Assembly (NCBI GenBank): GCA_038329965.1
Contig: JBBQNN010000002.1
Span: 55,195 to 119,194, forward strand
Direction: 5' to 3'
Origin: Mycobacteriales bacterium
GTDB lineage: Bacteria > Actinomycetota > Actinomycetes > Mycobacteriales > QHCA01
DNA length: 64,000 bases
Shown here in pieces: positions 52,351 through 61,734 of this stretch (its first letter is position 1; each line of letters starts with the position of its first letter). Under the pieces are notes generated by a model. The model saw only the letters and a program-made list of their open reading frames with translations. It was not told where the DNA came from and did not search any database. The position numbers and the translations under genes are program-made.

Positions 52351-53852
52351 CGCGGTCGTACCAGAGCGGCGGCGTGCCGTGCCGCCTCGGCGTTGGAGCC
52401 GAACACGGCGGCACCGACAGCGGCCAGGGCACCCGCCTGCCGGTCGCGGCCCTGCGGGTCGCCCTCGGTGCCGCACAGGGACACCACGACGGCCAGGCCG
52501 CGTCCGTCGGCCGCCGCCGTGGCCCTGGCCCCCGCGATGGCCGGCGCCAGATCGCCGGCGGGGTCGGGCGCCGCGCCGTGGCCGAGCACCACGTCGAGCA
52601 GCACGACCGCCGTGGTGGGATCGCGCGCCTCGGCGAGCAGCCGTTCGGTGCGCAGGGACGGGTCGATCATCGGGTGGGGACGCCCGGCGGTCAGGGCGTC
52701 GTCACCGAAGTCGATCATGAGATGGCCCGGCGCGCGCATCGTGCCGTCGAGGGTCCAGTCCGGCTGTAGCGGGATGTTGGAGGCGATCGGCCCGAGCGCC
52801 GCCGTGGCGATGATCATGGCCTCGTCGCACAGCGTGCCCCCGCAGAACAGCCCGCGCAGGAAACCCGCCCGTGGCTCCTGCGGCTCTCGCGCCTCACGGG
52901 CCGGCCAGTGCGGCCACGTCGGCACCTCGACTCCGGCGGTACGCAGGGCCTCGGCGGCGGTGGCCGTGAGGTCGGGCCGGCCGCGCCCGAGCAGGCACAT
53001 CACCACGGGCTTGCCCAGCTCGTCCGCGGCCGCCTGCACGCGGGCGGCGACCTCAGCCGCGGGTGGCTTGGACACGACGACGACCACCTCGGTGGCCGGG
53101 TCGGCGCTGAGTGCGGCGAGCGCCTGCAGCGTCGAGCGGGCCGCCACCTCGGTGGACAGGTCGCGGCCTCCCACGCCCAGGACGTGGCTGATGCCGACCC
53201 CGGCCGCGTCGAGCAGGCAGCAGAGCTGCTGCGCGCCGGTGCCCGAGGCGGCCACGATCCCGACCGGCCCGGGCCGCACCACATTGGCGAACCCCAGACC
53301 GGTGCCGGCCACTATCGCCGTACCGCAGTCCGGCCCCATGACGAGCAGATCGCGCCGGGCCGCCTCCTCCTTGAGCAGCACCTCCTGGGCCAGCGGCACG
53401 CCGTCACTGAACACCAGCACCGACAGGCCGGCCTCCAGGGCGTCCATCGCCTCGACGAAGGCATGCCGGCCGGGCACCGACACCAGGGCCAGCGTGGCGC
53501 CGCTTCGGGCGGCGGCCGAACCGATGGTGCGGGGCGGCCGCTCGCCGCCGCCACCCGACACGCCACCGGCAGGTCCCGACTCCAGGGCGCCGGCCAGCGC
53601 CGCCAGCGCTGCGTCACGGGCCTCGTCGGCGCAACGGATCGCGACGAGCAGGTCGTTGGGGCCGGCCTCCTGCGGCGCCGCGAACCCCATGCCGGCGAGC
53701 AACTCGAGGTTGAGCTCGGTGGCCATTGCCACCAGGGCGGCACTCACCCCCGGGACCTGCTGAACGGTGCGGCTGGCCTGCATCAGGCTGACCGAGTCGT
53801 GGTAGGTACCCGTGCGGACCTCTACCACCTCGGCGGCAGCAAGCTCGGTCAC
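52347..53852 (-). CDS. fdrA: FdrA-like acyl-CoA-synthetase/succinyl-CoA-synthetase-alpha-like protein
   Basis: Aligns with remembered E. coli FdrA from the start (TGTYHDSVSLMQAS, LVMGPDCGTAI, ASGTGAQQL, GVGGRDLS, VVSKPPAAEV, GRPHPMIDPSLR). GTGA overlap with the upstream DUF2877 stop. Confidence 0.85.
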   Translation of the reverse strand: MTELAAAEVVEVRTGTYHDSVSLMQASRTVQQVPGVSAALVAMATELNLELLAGMGFAAPQEAGPNDLLVAIRCADEARDAALAALAGALESGPAGGVSGGGGERPPRTIGSAAARSGATLALVSVPGRHAFVEAMDALEAGLSVLVFSDGVPLAQEVLLKEEAARRDLLVMGPDCGTAIVAGTGLGFANVVRPGPVGIVAASGTGAQQLCCLLDAAGVGISHVLGVGGRDLSTEVAARSTLQALAALSADPATEVVVVVSKPPAAEVAARVQAAADELGKPVVMCLLGRGRPDLTATAAEALRTAGVEVPTWPHWPAREAREPQEPRAGFLRGLFCGGTLCDEAMIIATAALGPIASNIPLQPDWTLDGTMRAPGHLMIDFGDDALTAGRPHPMIDPSLRTERLLAEARDPTTAVVLLDVVLGHGAAPDPAGDLAPAIAGARATAAADGRGLAVVVSLCGTEGDPQGRDRQAGALAAVGAAVFGSNAEAARHAAALVRPR

Positions 53853-54697
53853 GGTCCGGTCGCGCCGGCCAGCAGCCCGTGGGCGATGTCCGAGCCGGAG
53901 GTTGAGCCTAAGGCCAGCAACCGGTCGAGGGCGGGTTCGAGGGCGCGGTGCCCGGCCAGGGCGGACAGCACCTCGACGACCTGGGGCGCGGCGTCGCCGG
54001 CGGCGGCGGCGGCGAGCAGGGTGGCCGACAGGGCGGTGGTGCGCCGCGGGACCTCCTCGGCGATCGCGGCCCACAGGAGGTCGGCGCAGTCGGGCCGGCC
54101 GAGGTGGCGCAGGGCGAGCAGCACGCCCGCCAGCACGTCGTCTCCGGCCGGGGTCAGACCCTCGCCCAGCCCGACCAGGGAGGCGGGGTGGGCGCCGACG
54201 TGCCGCCTGGCGCGCAGGGCGCCGCCCAGCCGGACCAGCCGGCCCGCGACGGGATCGGCCAGTGCCCGGCGCCGGGCGACGAGGATCCTGGCCAGCCGCG
54301 CCGCCCGGGCCGGCAGGTGTTCGGGCCGGACCAGGGCCGGCGGCCGCGGCGGCGTCCACCACCTGCCCACGGTGACCTCCAGGCCCATCGTGGTCACCTT
54401 GCCGCCGCCTACCGTGGCCGGATCACCGGGGCGCACGCCGGCGAACGGCGAACTCGTGCTGGTCGCGGCCACGACCACGGAGATGGGCAGCCGCAGCCCG
54501 TCGTGGGCCACCACCGCGACCACACCCTTGCCGGTGTCCAGATACACCGCCGAGGGGAACGCCGCCCGCACCATCGCCGCACGGACCAGGCCGTCGATGC
54601 TGCCGCTCAGCCGGCGGCTGGCGGCCCCGCCGACGGTGACGGGACCGACAGGATCGGGGATGGGGATCGACGAGGTCGGGATGTCGACTGCTGTCAC
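53849..54697 (-). CDS. DUF2877 (YlbF-like) protein
   Basis: GLGEGLTPAGDDVLAG signature. First gene of a three-gene minus-strand operon. GTG 54697 is a tentative start. Confidence 0.7.
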   Translation of the reverse strand: MTAVDIPTSSIPIPDPVGPVTVGGAASRRLSGSIDGLVRAAMVRAAFPSAVYLDTGKGVVAVVAHDGLRLPISVVVAATSTSSPFAGVRPGDPATVGGGKVTTMGLEVTVGRWWTPPRPPALVRPEHLPARAARLARILVARRRALADPVAGRLVRLGGALRARRHVGAHPASLVGLGEGLTPAGDDVLAGVLLALRHLGRPDCADLLWAAIAEEVPRRTTALSATLLAAAAAGDAAPQVVEVLSALAGHRALEPALDRLLALGSTSGSDIAHGLLAGATGP

Positions 54698-54835
54698 GCG
54701 TCGCGGCACCTCCTGCGGGTCTGTGCGCACGCTAACGGTCGCAATACCGTGCTGGCTACTCGGCCGAATCCCTGTTACGGGAACCGCGTCGGTGCCACAC
54801 TCTCCCGGCGGTCGCCAATACAGGGAGGGTGGACG

Positions 54836-56320
54836 ATGAACCTCGGCCTCGGATGGAAGCTGCACGGTGACGGCAAGACCCCGCCGCCCGGTGAGGTGGT
54901 CCGCCCGGACGAGCGGTTGTCCTGGGGCCGCACGGTCGGTCTCGGCGCGCAGCACGTCGTCGCGATGTTCGGCGCGACGTTCATCTTCCCGGTGATCATG
55001 GGGCTCGATCCCAACCTGGCGATCATGATGTCCGGGATCGCCACGATCCTCTTCCTGGTCATCGTCGGCGGCCAGGTGCCCAGCTACCTGGGCACCAGCG
55101 CATCCTTCGTCGGTGGGGTCGCCGCGATTCGCGCCGCGGGTGGCGACAGTGCCACGGTCACCGGCGCCATTCTGGTCGCCGGGCTGGTCCTGGCCCTCGT
55201 CGGTGGCGTCATCCACTTCCTGGGCGCCGAAATCATCCACACGATCCTCCCGCCGGTGGTCACCGGCGCCGTCGTCATGCTGATCGGCTTCAACCTCGCT
55301 CCGGTGGTGGCCAACGTCTACTGGCCGCAGGACCAGTGGATCGCCCTGCTGACCCTGGCCTTCGTGGTGCTGGCCACGGTGATGCTGCGCGGCTTCCTCG
55401 CCCGCATCGCGATCTTCCTGGGCCTGGTCTTCGGCTTCGCGCTGTCCTACCTTGCCGACCGGGTCTTCGGCAAGATCACGTCGTTGGTGCCGGGCGGGGG
55501 CAAGAACGGCGCCAACGTGGTCACCGAGCACTTCCGGGTCAACTTCGCCGGCGTCAGGTCCGCCGACTGGATCGGCCTGCCGACCTTCCACGCGCCGGAC
55601 TTCAAGACATCGGCGATCCTGCTCACCCTGCCGGCCGTGATCGCCCTCGTCGCGGAGAACACCGGGCACGTCAAGGCGGTCGCCGCGATGACCGGTGCCG
55701 ACCTCGACCGGGTCCTCGGTCGGGCGCTGATCGGTGACGGGGTCGGCACGGCGCTGTCCAGCGCGGTCGGCGGCTCGCCGACGACGACGTACGCCGAGAA
55801 CATCGGCGTCATGGCCGCCACCCGCGTCTACAGCACCGCGGCCTATTACGTGGCCGCGCTCGTGGCCGTCCTGTTCGGCCTGTGCCCGAAGTTCGGCGCC
55901 CTGATCCAGGCCACCCCCGGCGGGGTGCTCGGCGGCATCACGGTCGTGCTGTACGGGATGATCGGCATGCTCGGTGCCAAGATCTGGATCGAGAACCGCG
56001 TCGACTTCGCCAACCCGATCAACCTCGTCCCGGTGGCCGCCGGTATCATTATCGCGATCGGCAACACCAGCCTGAAGATCACCGACAACTTCTCCCTGGT
56101 CGGCATCGCGTTCGGCACCCTGGTCACGGTCATCGGCTTCCACCTGGTGCGGGTGGCCGCACCCCGGTACATGCGGGACTCCCAACAGGTGTCCCTGGGC
56201 GAGATCGGCTTCGAGGAGGATGCCGGCGACTCCCGACCGGGCAAGGGCGGCACCCGGCCGGCGAAGTCATCGGGCAACCGGCCCGGCACGCCAAAGGGCA
56301 CTGCGCCGCGCCGGAAGTGA
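54836..56320 (+). CDS. NCS2-family nucleobase:cation symporter (uracil/xanthine permease-like)
   Basis: LGAQHVVAMFGATFIFP, AENTGHVKAV and TTTYAENIGVMAATRV blocks, with many TM segments. ATG 54836 follows GGGAGGG. Confidence 0.9.
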   Translation: MNLGLGWKLHGDGKTPPPGEVVRPDERLSWGRTVGLGAQHVVAMFGATFIFPVIMGLDPNLAIMMSGIATILFLVIVGGQVPSYLGTSASFVGGVAAIRAAGGDSATVTGAILVAGLVLALVGGVIHFLGAEIIHTILPPVVTGAVVMLIGFNLAPVVANVYWPQDQWIALLTLAFVVLATVMLRGFLARIAIFLGLVFGFALSYLADRVFGKITSLVPGGGKNGANVVTEHFRVNFAGVRSADWIGLPTFHAPDFKTSAILLTLPAVIALVAENTGHVKAVAAMTGADLDRVLGRALIGDGVGTALSSAVGGSPTTTYAENIGVMAATRVYSTAAYYVAALVAVLFGLCPKFGALIQATPGGVLGGITVVLYGMIGMLGAKIWIENRVDFANPINLVPVAAGIIIAIGNTSLKITDNFSLVGIAFGTLVTVIGFHLVRVAAPRYMRDSQQVSLGEIGFEEDAGDSRPGKGGTRPAKSSGNRPGTPKGTAPRRK

Positions 56321-56353
56321 CTCCACAGTGCTCATAGGGGGGAGAATCTCCCG

Positions 56354-57211
56354 GTGAAGCCGCCGCCGTTCGCCTACTCGGCACCGGGCACGGTCGCCGA
56401 CGCGCTGGCGCTGCTGGCCGGTCTCGGCACGGATGGCAAGATCCTGGCCGGGGGGCAGAGCCTGGTGCCGATGCTCAACATGCGGCTGGCCGCCCCCGCG
56501 CACCTCGTGGACATCAACGGCCTCGACGCGGAGCTCGGCGGCATCGTGGTCACCGACGAAGGGATCGGGGTCGGTGCACTGGCCCGGCACACCGCCGTCG
56601 AGCGCTCGGCCGGCGCGGCGGGGGTGCTGCCGCTGCTCCGGCAGGCCCTGCTCCAGGTGGCCCACCCGGTGATCCGCAACCGCGGCACGGTCGTCGGCAG
56701 CCTCGCCCACGCCGACCCGTCGGCCGAGCTGCCGGCCGTCCTGTGCCTGGTGGGCGGATCGGTGCGGATCGCGTCGGCGGGCGGCGAGCGTACGGTGGCC
56801 GCGGCCGACCTGTTCGCCGGCCCGATGGAGACGTCGCTGCGGCCGGGGGAGCTCATCGTCTCGGCGTGGTTCCCCGCCCTGCCCGACGGCACCACCACGG
56901 CCTTCGTCGAGGTGACCCGTCGGCACGGCGACTACGCGGTGTGCGGTGTGGCGGTGGCCGTCACCCGCGATGCCGACGGCGCCGTCACCGGGGCGCGGGC
57001 CGCCTACGTGAGCGTGTCCGACGTGCCTCTCGTGCTCGACCTGACCGAAGCGCTGGTCCACCGGCCGGCACCCGGCGACCGGCTCGTTGCCGCCGGGCGG
57101 CTGGCCGCGGCCCGGGTCACCCCCGAAACCGACATCCACGCCACGGCCGACTATCGCCGGCACCTGGCCGGGGTGCTGACCGTGCGGGCGCTACGGGAGG
57201 CGGTCGCGTGA
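56354..57211 (+). CDS. Molybdenum hydroxylase FAD-binding medium subunit (CoxM/XdhB-like)
   Basis: FAYSAP.TV.DAL, ILAGGQSLVPMLNMR and RNRGTVVGSLAHADP. Confidence 0.9.
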   Translation: MKPPPFAYSAPGTVADALALLAGLGTDGKILAGGQSLVPMLNMRLAAPAHLVDINGLDAELGGIVVTDEGIGVGALARHTAVERSAGAAGVLPLLRQALLQVAHPVIRNRGTVVGSLAHADPSAELPAVLCLVGGSVRIASAGGERTVAAADLFAGPMETSLRPGELIVSAWFPALPDGTTTAFVEVTRRHGDYAVCGVAVAVTRDADGAVTGARAAYVSVSDVPLVLDLTEALVHRPAPGDRLVAAGRLAAARVTPETDIHATADYRRHLAGVLTVRALREAVA

Positions 57212-57705
57212 CCGGACCGGAGCCGGACTACGAGGTGTCGGTGGTCGTCAACGGCGCCGCGCGGTCGGCTTCGGTGCCGGCCCGCCGGCTGCTGTCGGAC
57301 TTCCTGCGCCACGACCTCGAGTTGACCGGAACCCATGTCGGGTGCGAGCACGGCGTGTGCGGTTGCTGCACGGTCCTGCTCGACGGCCGGCCGGTGCGCT
57401 CGTGCCTGGTCTTCGCGGTCTCCGTACGCGGCCATGAGATCACCACCGTGGAGGGACTCGCCGCACCCGACCGCACCCTGAGCCCGGTGCAGCGCGCGTT
57501 CGCGGAGTGCCACGCGCTGCAGTGCGGCTTCTGCACCCCGGGGTTCCTCACCACGGTGACCGCGTTCCTGGCTGAGCATCCAGATCCCACCGCGGCCGAG
57601 GCCGTCGAGGCGATCGCGGGCAACCTGTGCCGCTGCACCGGCTACCAGAACATCGTCAAGGCCACCCTGCGGGCCGCCGAGACCCTGCGCGGAGGGCGAC
57701 CGTGA
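57208..57705 (+). CDS. Molybdenum hydroxylase (2Fe-2S) small subunit (CoxS-like)
   Basis: GTGA overlap. GCEHGVCGCCTV, CGFCTPG and CRCTGY cluster motifs. Confidence 0.93.
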   Translation: MTGPEPDYEVSVVVNGAARSASVPARRLLSDFLRHDLELTGTHVGCEHGVCGCCTVLLDGRPVRSCLVFAVSVRGHEITTVEGLAAPDRTLSPVQRAFAECHALQCGFCTPGFLTTVTAFLAEHPDPTAAEAVEAIAGNLCRCTGYQNIVKATLRAAETLRGGRP

Positions 57706-60107
57706 GCGGGCGGCTGTTCGGCGCGGCGGTCCAGCGCACCGAGGATCCGCGGCTGATCGCCGGGCGCGGCGCCTATCTGGACGACCTGGGCCACGGCGCG
57801 CTGGCGGCAGCCTTCGTACGCAGCCCGCACGCCCACGCCCGGATCACCGACATCGACGTCACCGACGCCCTGGACGTCGACGGGTTGATCGCCGTCTACA
57901 CCTGGGAGGACCTGCCCGGCCGGGTCGCCGAACCGCTGCCCATGCTCATCCCGCATCCGGCGCTCACCCACCCGCGCACCGGCTACGCCCTGGCCCGCGA
58001 CACCGTCAACCACGTCGGCGAGGCCGTCGTCATGGTGGTCGCCCGGGACCGCTACGTCGCCGAGGACGTCTGCGACCTGATCGGAGTCACCTACGAGATC
58101 CTGCCGCCGGTGGTCGGCATCGAGGTCGCGCACCTGGCCGAGGCCCTGGTCCACGCCGACGTGCCCGGCAACGTCGCCGCGCACCTGGTCCAGGAGGTCG
58201 GCAACGCGCCGGCCGCGATCGACGCCGCTCCACACCAGTTGGAGTTGCGCCTGTCGGTCGAGCGCAGCGCGTCGATGCCCCTGGAGGGCAAGGGCGTCTA
58301 CGCCCGCTGGGACGGCACCGACGAGAGCATGCGGGTCTACACCTCGACGCAGACGTCGACCTCCGTCCGGGCCGCGCTGGCCGTCCGGCTCGGTCTCCCA
58401 CTCGGCAAGGTCGAGGTGGTAGCGCCGGACGTCGGCGGCGGCTTCGGCGTCAAGATCATGCACCCGTGGCCCGAGGAGGTGCTCATCCCGTGGGTTGCCC
58501 GGCTGCTGGGCCGCGAGGTCAAGTGGACCGAGGACCGCCGGGAGCACTTCGTCTCCTCCGCGCACGAGCGGGGGCAGCTGCAGGCGGTGCGCGTGGGTTT
58601 CGGCGACGACGGCCGGCTGCACGGCCTCGACGTGGAGATCCTGCACGACAACGGCGCCTACACGCCGTACGGCATCATCGTCCCGATCATCACGGCCAGC
58701 CAGTTGCTCGGGCCGTACAAGCCCGGCACCTACCGGGTGGAGTTCACCAGCCTCTACACGAACACCGTGATCGTGACGCCCTACCGGGGGGCCGGCCGGC
58801 CGCAAGGCGTCTTCGCCATGGAACGCACCATGGACCGCATCGCGGACTACCTCGGCCTGGATCGCACGATCGTCCGCGAGCGCAACCTGATCCGGCCGGA
58901 GGAGATGCCCTACGACCAGCACATGACCTTCCAGGACGGCCGGCCGCTGATCTACGACTCCGGCGACTTCCCCGAGTCGCTGCGCCGGATCAAGAAGCTG
59001 GTGGGCTGGGACGCCTTCGCCGCGGTGCAGGACGACGCGGCCGCCGAGGGGCGCCGCCTGGGCATCGGCATCGCCTGCTACGTCGAGGGCACCGGGGTCG
59101 GGCCGTACGAAGGCGGCCACGTGCAGGTCGACCCGAGCGGGTGCGTGCTGGTCTCGACCGGCCTCACCTCGCAGGGGCAGGGGCACCAGACGGTGTTCGC
59201 CCAGATCGTCGCCGACGAGCTCGGCGTGCCGATGTCCGACGTCACGGTGACCACCGGTGACACCCGCCGCTTCGGCTACGCGGTCGGCACCTTCGCCTCA
59301 CGGGCCGCGGTGATGAGCGGCAACGCCGTGGCGCTGGCGGCCCGCGCCGTGCGGGCCAAGGCATTGCGGATCGCCGGTGACGCGCTGGAGGTGTCGCCCG
59401 GTGACCTGGAGATCGTCGAGGGCATAGTGCGGGTCAAGGGCAGCCCGGAGGTGTCGCTGGGCCTGGGCACCGTCGCCGTGCTGTCCAACCCGCTGCGCTA
59501 CGCCTTCGACGACGCCGCCAAGCTGGCCACGCAGTTCGTCGTCGGCGACACCGCCGGCCCGCCGGTGCCCGAGGGCGACGAGCCCGGGCTGGAGAGCCGG
59601 GCGTACTACTCCCCGACCCAGTCGACGTTCGCCAACGGCATGCACGCAGCCGTCGTGGAGACCGATCCCGACACCGCCGAGATCACGATCCTGCGCTACT
59701 GCGTGGTCCACGACTGCGGCAACCTGGTCAACCCGGCGATCGTCGAGGGCCAGGTGCACGGCGGGGTGGCGCAGGGCGTGGCGGGCGCGCTGTACGAGCG
59801 GATGGTCTACGACGGCGCCGGCCAGTTGCTCAACGCCTCCTTCATGGACTTCCTCATGCCGTACGCGAGTGAGATCCCCACGGTGGAGATCGACCACCTG
59901 CAGACGCCGTCACCGCTCAACCCGCTCGGGATCAAGGGGGCGGGGGAGGCCGGCGTCATCCCGGGCATGGCGGTGATCGCGGCGGCGATCGAGGATGCCG
60001 AAGGATTCCGGATCACCTCGATGCCGATCTCGCCGAGTGAGCTGTTCGCCCTGCGGGCGCGCTTCGCGGCCGGGGAGATCGAGCCCGTCGATCGGCGGCA
60101 CCGATGA
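57702..60107 (+). CDS. Molybdopterin-binding large subunit of xanthine dehydrogenase/CODH family (non-CO-type active-site loop)
   Basis: GTGA overlap. RTEDPRLIAGRGAYLDD start, GGGFG, the active-site loop PYRGAGRP (58782-58799) rather than the CSFR type, and C-terminal GIKGAGEAG. Confidence 0.9.
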   Translation: MSGRLFGAAVQRTEDPRLIAGRGAYLDDLGHGALAAAFVRSPHAHARITDIDVTDALDVDGLIAVYTWEDLPGRVAEPLPMLIPHPALTHPRTGYALARDTVNHVGEAVVMVVARDRYVAEDVCDLIGVTYEILPPVVGIEVAHLAEALVHADVPGNVAAHLVQEVGNAPAAIDAAPHQLELRLSVERSASMPLEGKGVYARWDGTDESMRVYTSTQTSTSVRAALAVRLGLPLGKVEVVAPDVGGGFGVKIMHPWPEEVLIPWVARLLGREVKWTEDRREHFVSSAHERGQLQAVRVGFGDDGRLHGLDVEILHDNGAYTPYGIIVPIITASQLLGPYKPGTYRVEFTSLYTNTVIVTPYRGAGRPQGVFAMERTMDRIADYLGLDRTIVRERNLIRPEEMPYDQHMTFQDGRPLIYDSGDFPESLRRIKKLVGWDAFAAVQDDAAAEGRRLGIGIACYVEGTGVGPYEGGHVQVDPSGCVLVSTGLTSQGQGHQTVFAQIVADELGVPMSDVTVTTGDTRRFGYAVGTFASRAAVMSGNAVALAARAVRAKALRIAGDALEVSPGDLEIVEGIVRVKGSPEVSLGLGTVAVLSNPLRYAFDDAAKLATQFVVGDTAGPPVPEGDEPGLESRAYYSPTQSTFANGMHAAVVETDPDTAEITILRYCVVHDCGNLVNPAIVEGQVHGGVAQGVAGALYERMVYDGAGQLLNASFMDFLMPYASEIPTVEIDHLQTPSPLNPLGIKGAGEAGVIPGMAVIAAAIEDAEGFRITSMPISPSELFALRARFAAGEIEPVDRRHR

Positions 60108-60117
60108 AGGGGCAGTC

Positions 60118-60804
60118 ATGAAGGTGAACGGCGAGGCGACCCTGCACGCGCCGGTGGAGCAGGTGTGGGACGCACTGCGCGATCCCGCGGTTCTGGTCCG
60201 GACGATCCCGGGCTGCCAGCGGCTGGAGGCGCTCGCGGAGGACGAGTACCGGATGACCGTGACCGCCGGTGTGGCGTCGATCAAGGGCACCTATCAGGGC
60301 ACGGTACGGCTCACCGATCCGCTGCCGCCCACCTCCTTCGTGCTGCGCGCCGCCGGCTCGGGAGCGCCGGGGACCGTGCAGGTCGACGTCCTGGTCACCC
60401 TCGCCGAGGACGGTGAGGGAGTCACCCGGCTGACCTACGACGCCGACGCGGTCGTCGGCGGCACCGTCGGAGGTGTCGGCCAGCGGATGCTGTCCGGGGT
60501 GGCCCGCAGGACCGCCGGTGAGTTCTTCCGCGCCGTCGACGACGTCCTGTCCGACCGGACGGAGCCGGTTGCCGCCCCGGTGCCGGGCCAGCCGGTCGAC
60601 CTGGACCGGCTGCCCGCCTCCGACCTGCGTCCGCCATCGGTGGTGACCACGTCCTCACCCGGGCCGGCCGTGTTCACCCGGCCCGTCGCGCTGTCGGGCA
60701 CCCCCGAGACGCAGACCTTGGTGCTTGCGGCGGCCGCCGGAGCCGCGATAGCGCTGATCGGGGTCGCCGTCGGCGCCGTCCTGACCCACCTTCGCAGGCG
60801 ATAG
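60118..60804 (+). CDS. CoxG-like SRPBCC protein with C-terminal transmembrane anchor
   Basis: MKVNGEATLHAPVEQVWDAL..P and GTVGGVGQRMLSGVARRTAGEFF. Pro-rich linker, then LVLAAAAGAAIALIGVAVGAVLTHLRRR. Confidence 0.85.
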   Translation: MKVNGEATLHAPVEQVWDALRDPAVLVRTIPGCQRLEALAEDEYRMTVTAGVASIKGTYQGTVRLTDPLPPTSFVLRAAGSGAPGTVQVDVLVTLAEDGEGVTRLTYDADAVVGGTVGGVGQRMLSGVARRTAGEFFRAVDDVLSDRTEPVAAPVPGQPVDLDRLPASDLRPPSVVTTSSPGPAVFTRPVALSGTPETQTLVLAAAAGAAIALIGVAVGAVLTHLRRR

Positions 60805-60837
60805 CGTGGGAGGTCCGCCACACCTGGGAGGGACTTC

Positions 60838-61734
60838 GTGGTTCCCTTTGTCGCCGCTGCCGTGCAGGTCGCCCCGCGGCCGGGGCCGCTGACCGCCGAG
60901 ACCGTCAAGGCCAACCTGGCCCACGCCGCCGAGTGGACCACCCGCTGTGTCGAGTCGACCGGGGCCGAGCTGGTCGTGCTGCCGGAGACCGCGACCACCG
61001 GCTTCACGCCGGGGATGGGCGCACCCGACCTGTGGGAGCTGCTCAGCGAGGCGCCCGGCCCGGTCACCGAGCCGCTGGCCGAGGTGGCCCGGCATCTCGG
61101 GGTGCACGTCGTCCTCGGCACCTACCTGCGCGGCCCGACCCGCGGCACGGTGCACAACGCCGCCGTCTTCCTCGGCCCGACGGGTGAGGTCATCGGCGTC
61201 TACCGCAAGACGCACCTGTTCACCGGCGAGTCGGCGGTCAACCAGGGCTGGGTCACGCCGGGTGACGAGGTCGCGGTCGTCGACACGCCGCTGGCCAGGC
61301 TCGGCGCGGTGATCTGCTTCGACGGCGACTATCCCGAGCTGGCCCGGATCCTGGCCGTGCAGGGCGCCGAGGTGATCGTGCGGCCCTCGGCACTGCTGCG
61401 GTCGGCCGACATCTGGGAGCTGACGACGCGGGCACGGGCCTACGACAACCACGTGCACGTCGTGGCGGCCAACGCGGTCGGTGCCGACCCGGGTGGCCTG
61501 CTGTACTTCGGCAACTCCCTCATCGTCACGCCGATCGCCGACGTGATCGCCAGGGGCACCACCCACGAGGGCTGGGTCGCCGCCCGGCTCGACCCCCTGG
61601 CGATGACGCAGATGAGCCCGGGCTCCAGCCGGCCGCAGCGCTTCGACCATCTGGCCGACCGCAACGTCGCCCTCTACGCGAAGTACGCCGACGAGCTCAC
61701 CCGGCCGGCGGCGACGCCGTACCCGCATGGGTGA
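60838..61734 (+). CDS. Carbon-nitrogen hydrolase family amidase (nitrilase superfamily; N-carbamoyl-amidohydrolase-like)
   Basis: Catalytic triad contexts LPETATTGF (Glu), YRKTHLF (Lys) and VICFDGDYPE (Cys). Confidence 0.88.
   Translation: MVPFVAAAVQVAPRPGPLTAETVKANLAHAAEWTTRCVESTGAELVVLPETATTGFTPGMGAPDLWELLSEAPGPVTEPLAEVARHLGVHVVLGTYLRGPTRGTVHNAAVFLGPTGEVIGVYRKTHLFTGESAVNQGWVTPGDEVAVVDTPLARLGAVICFDGDYPELARILAVQGAEVIVRPSALLRSADIWELTTRARAYDNHVHVVAANAVGADPGGLLYFGNSLIVTPIADVIARGTTHEGWVAARLDPLAMTQMSPGSSRPQRFDHLADRNVALYAKYADELTRPAATPYPHG

Noticed and set aside
53853-54362. 170-aa Arg/Pro-rich N-terminal extension of the FdrA ORF, and similar extensions of the M20 peptidase (34906-35679), globin (32866-33474) and MHS transporter (48566-49249) ORFs.
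   Set aside because: Each extension overlaps a neighbouring well-supported gene or intergenic repeat. Each lacks homology and has shadow-ORF composition. Internal starts coincide with homology boundaries or 4-nt overlaps.
53948-54835. N-terminal about 296-aa extension of the NCS2 permease ORF (the track lists 53948..56320).
   Set aside because: It overlaps the DUF2877 gene in antisense and has no permease homology. Homology and TM segments begin at ATG 54836, which is preceded by GGGAGGG.
56354-60107. Calling the CoxMSL-like genes a carbon monoxide dehydrogenase.
   Set aside because: The active-site loop is YRGAGR rather than the Cys-containing CSFR type required for the Mo-Cu CO-oxidising site. 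No coxDEF accessory genes are present, and the context is nucleobase/amide metabolism.
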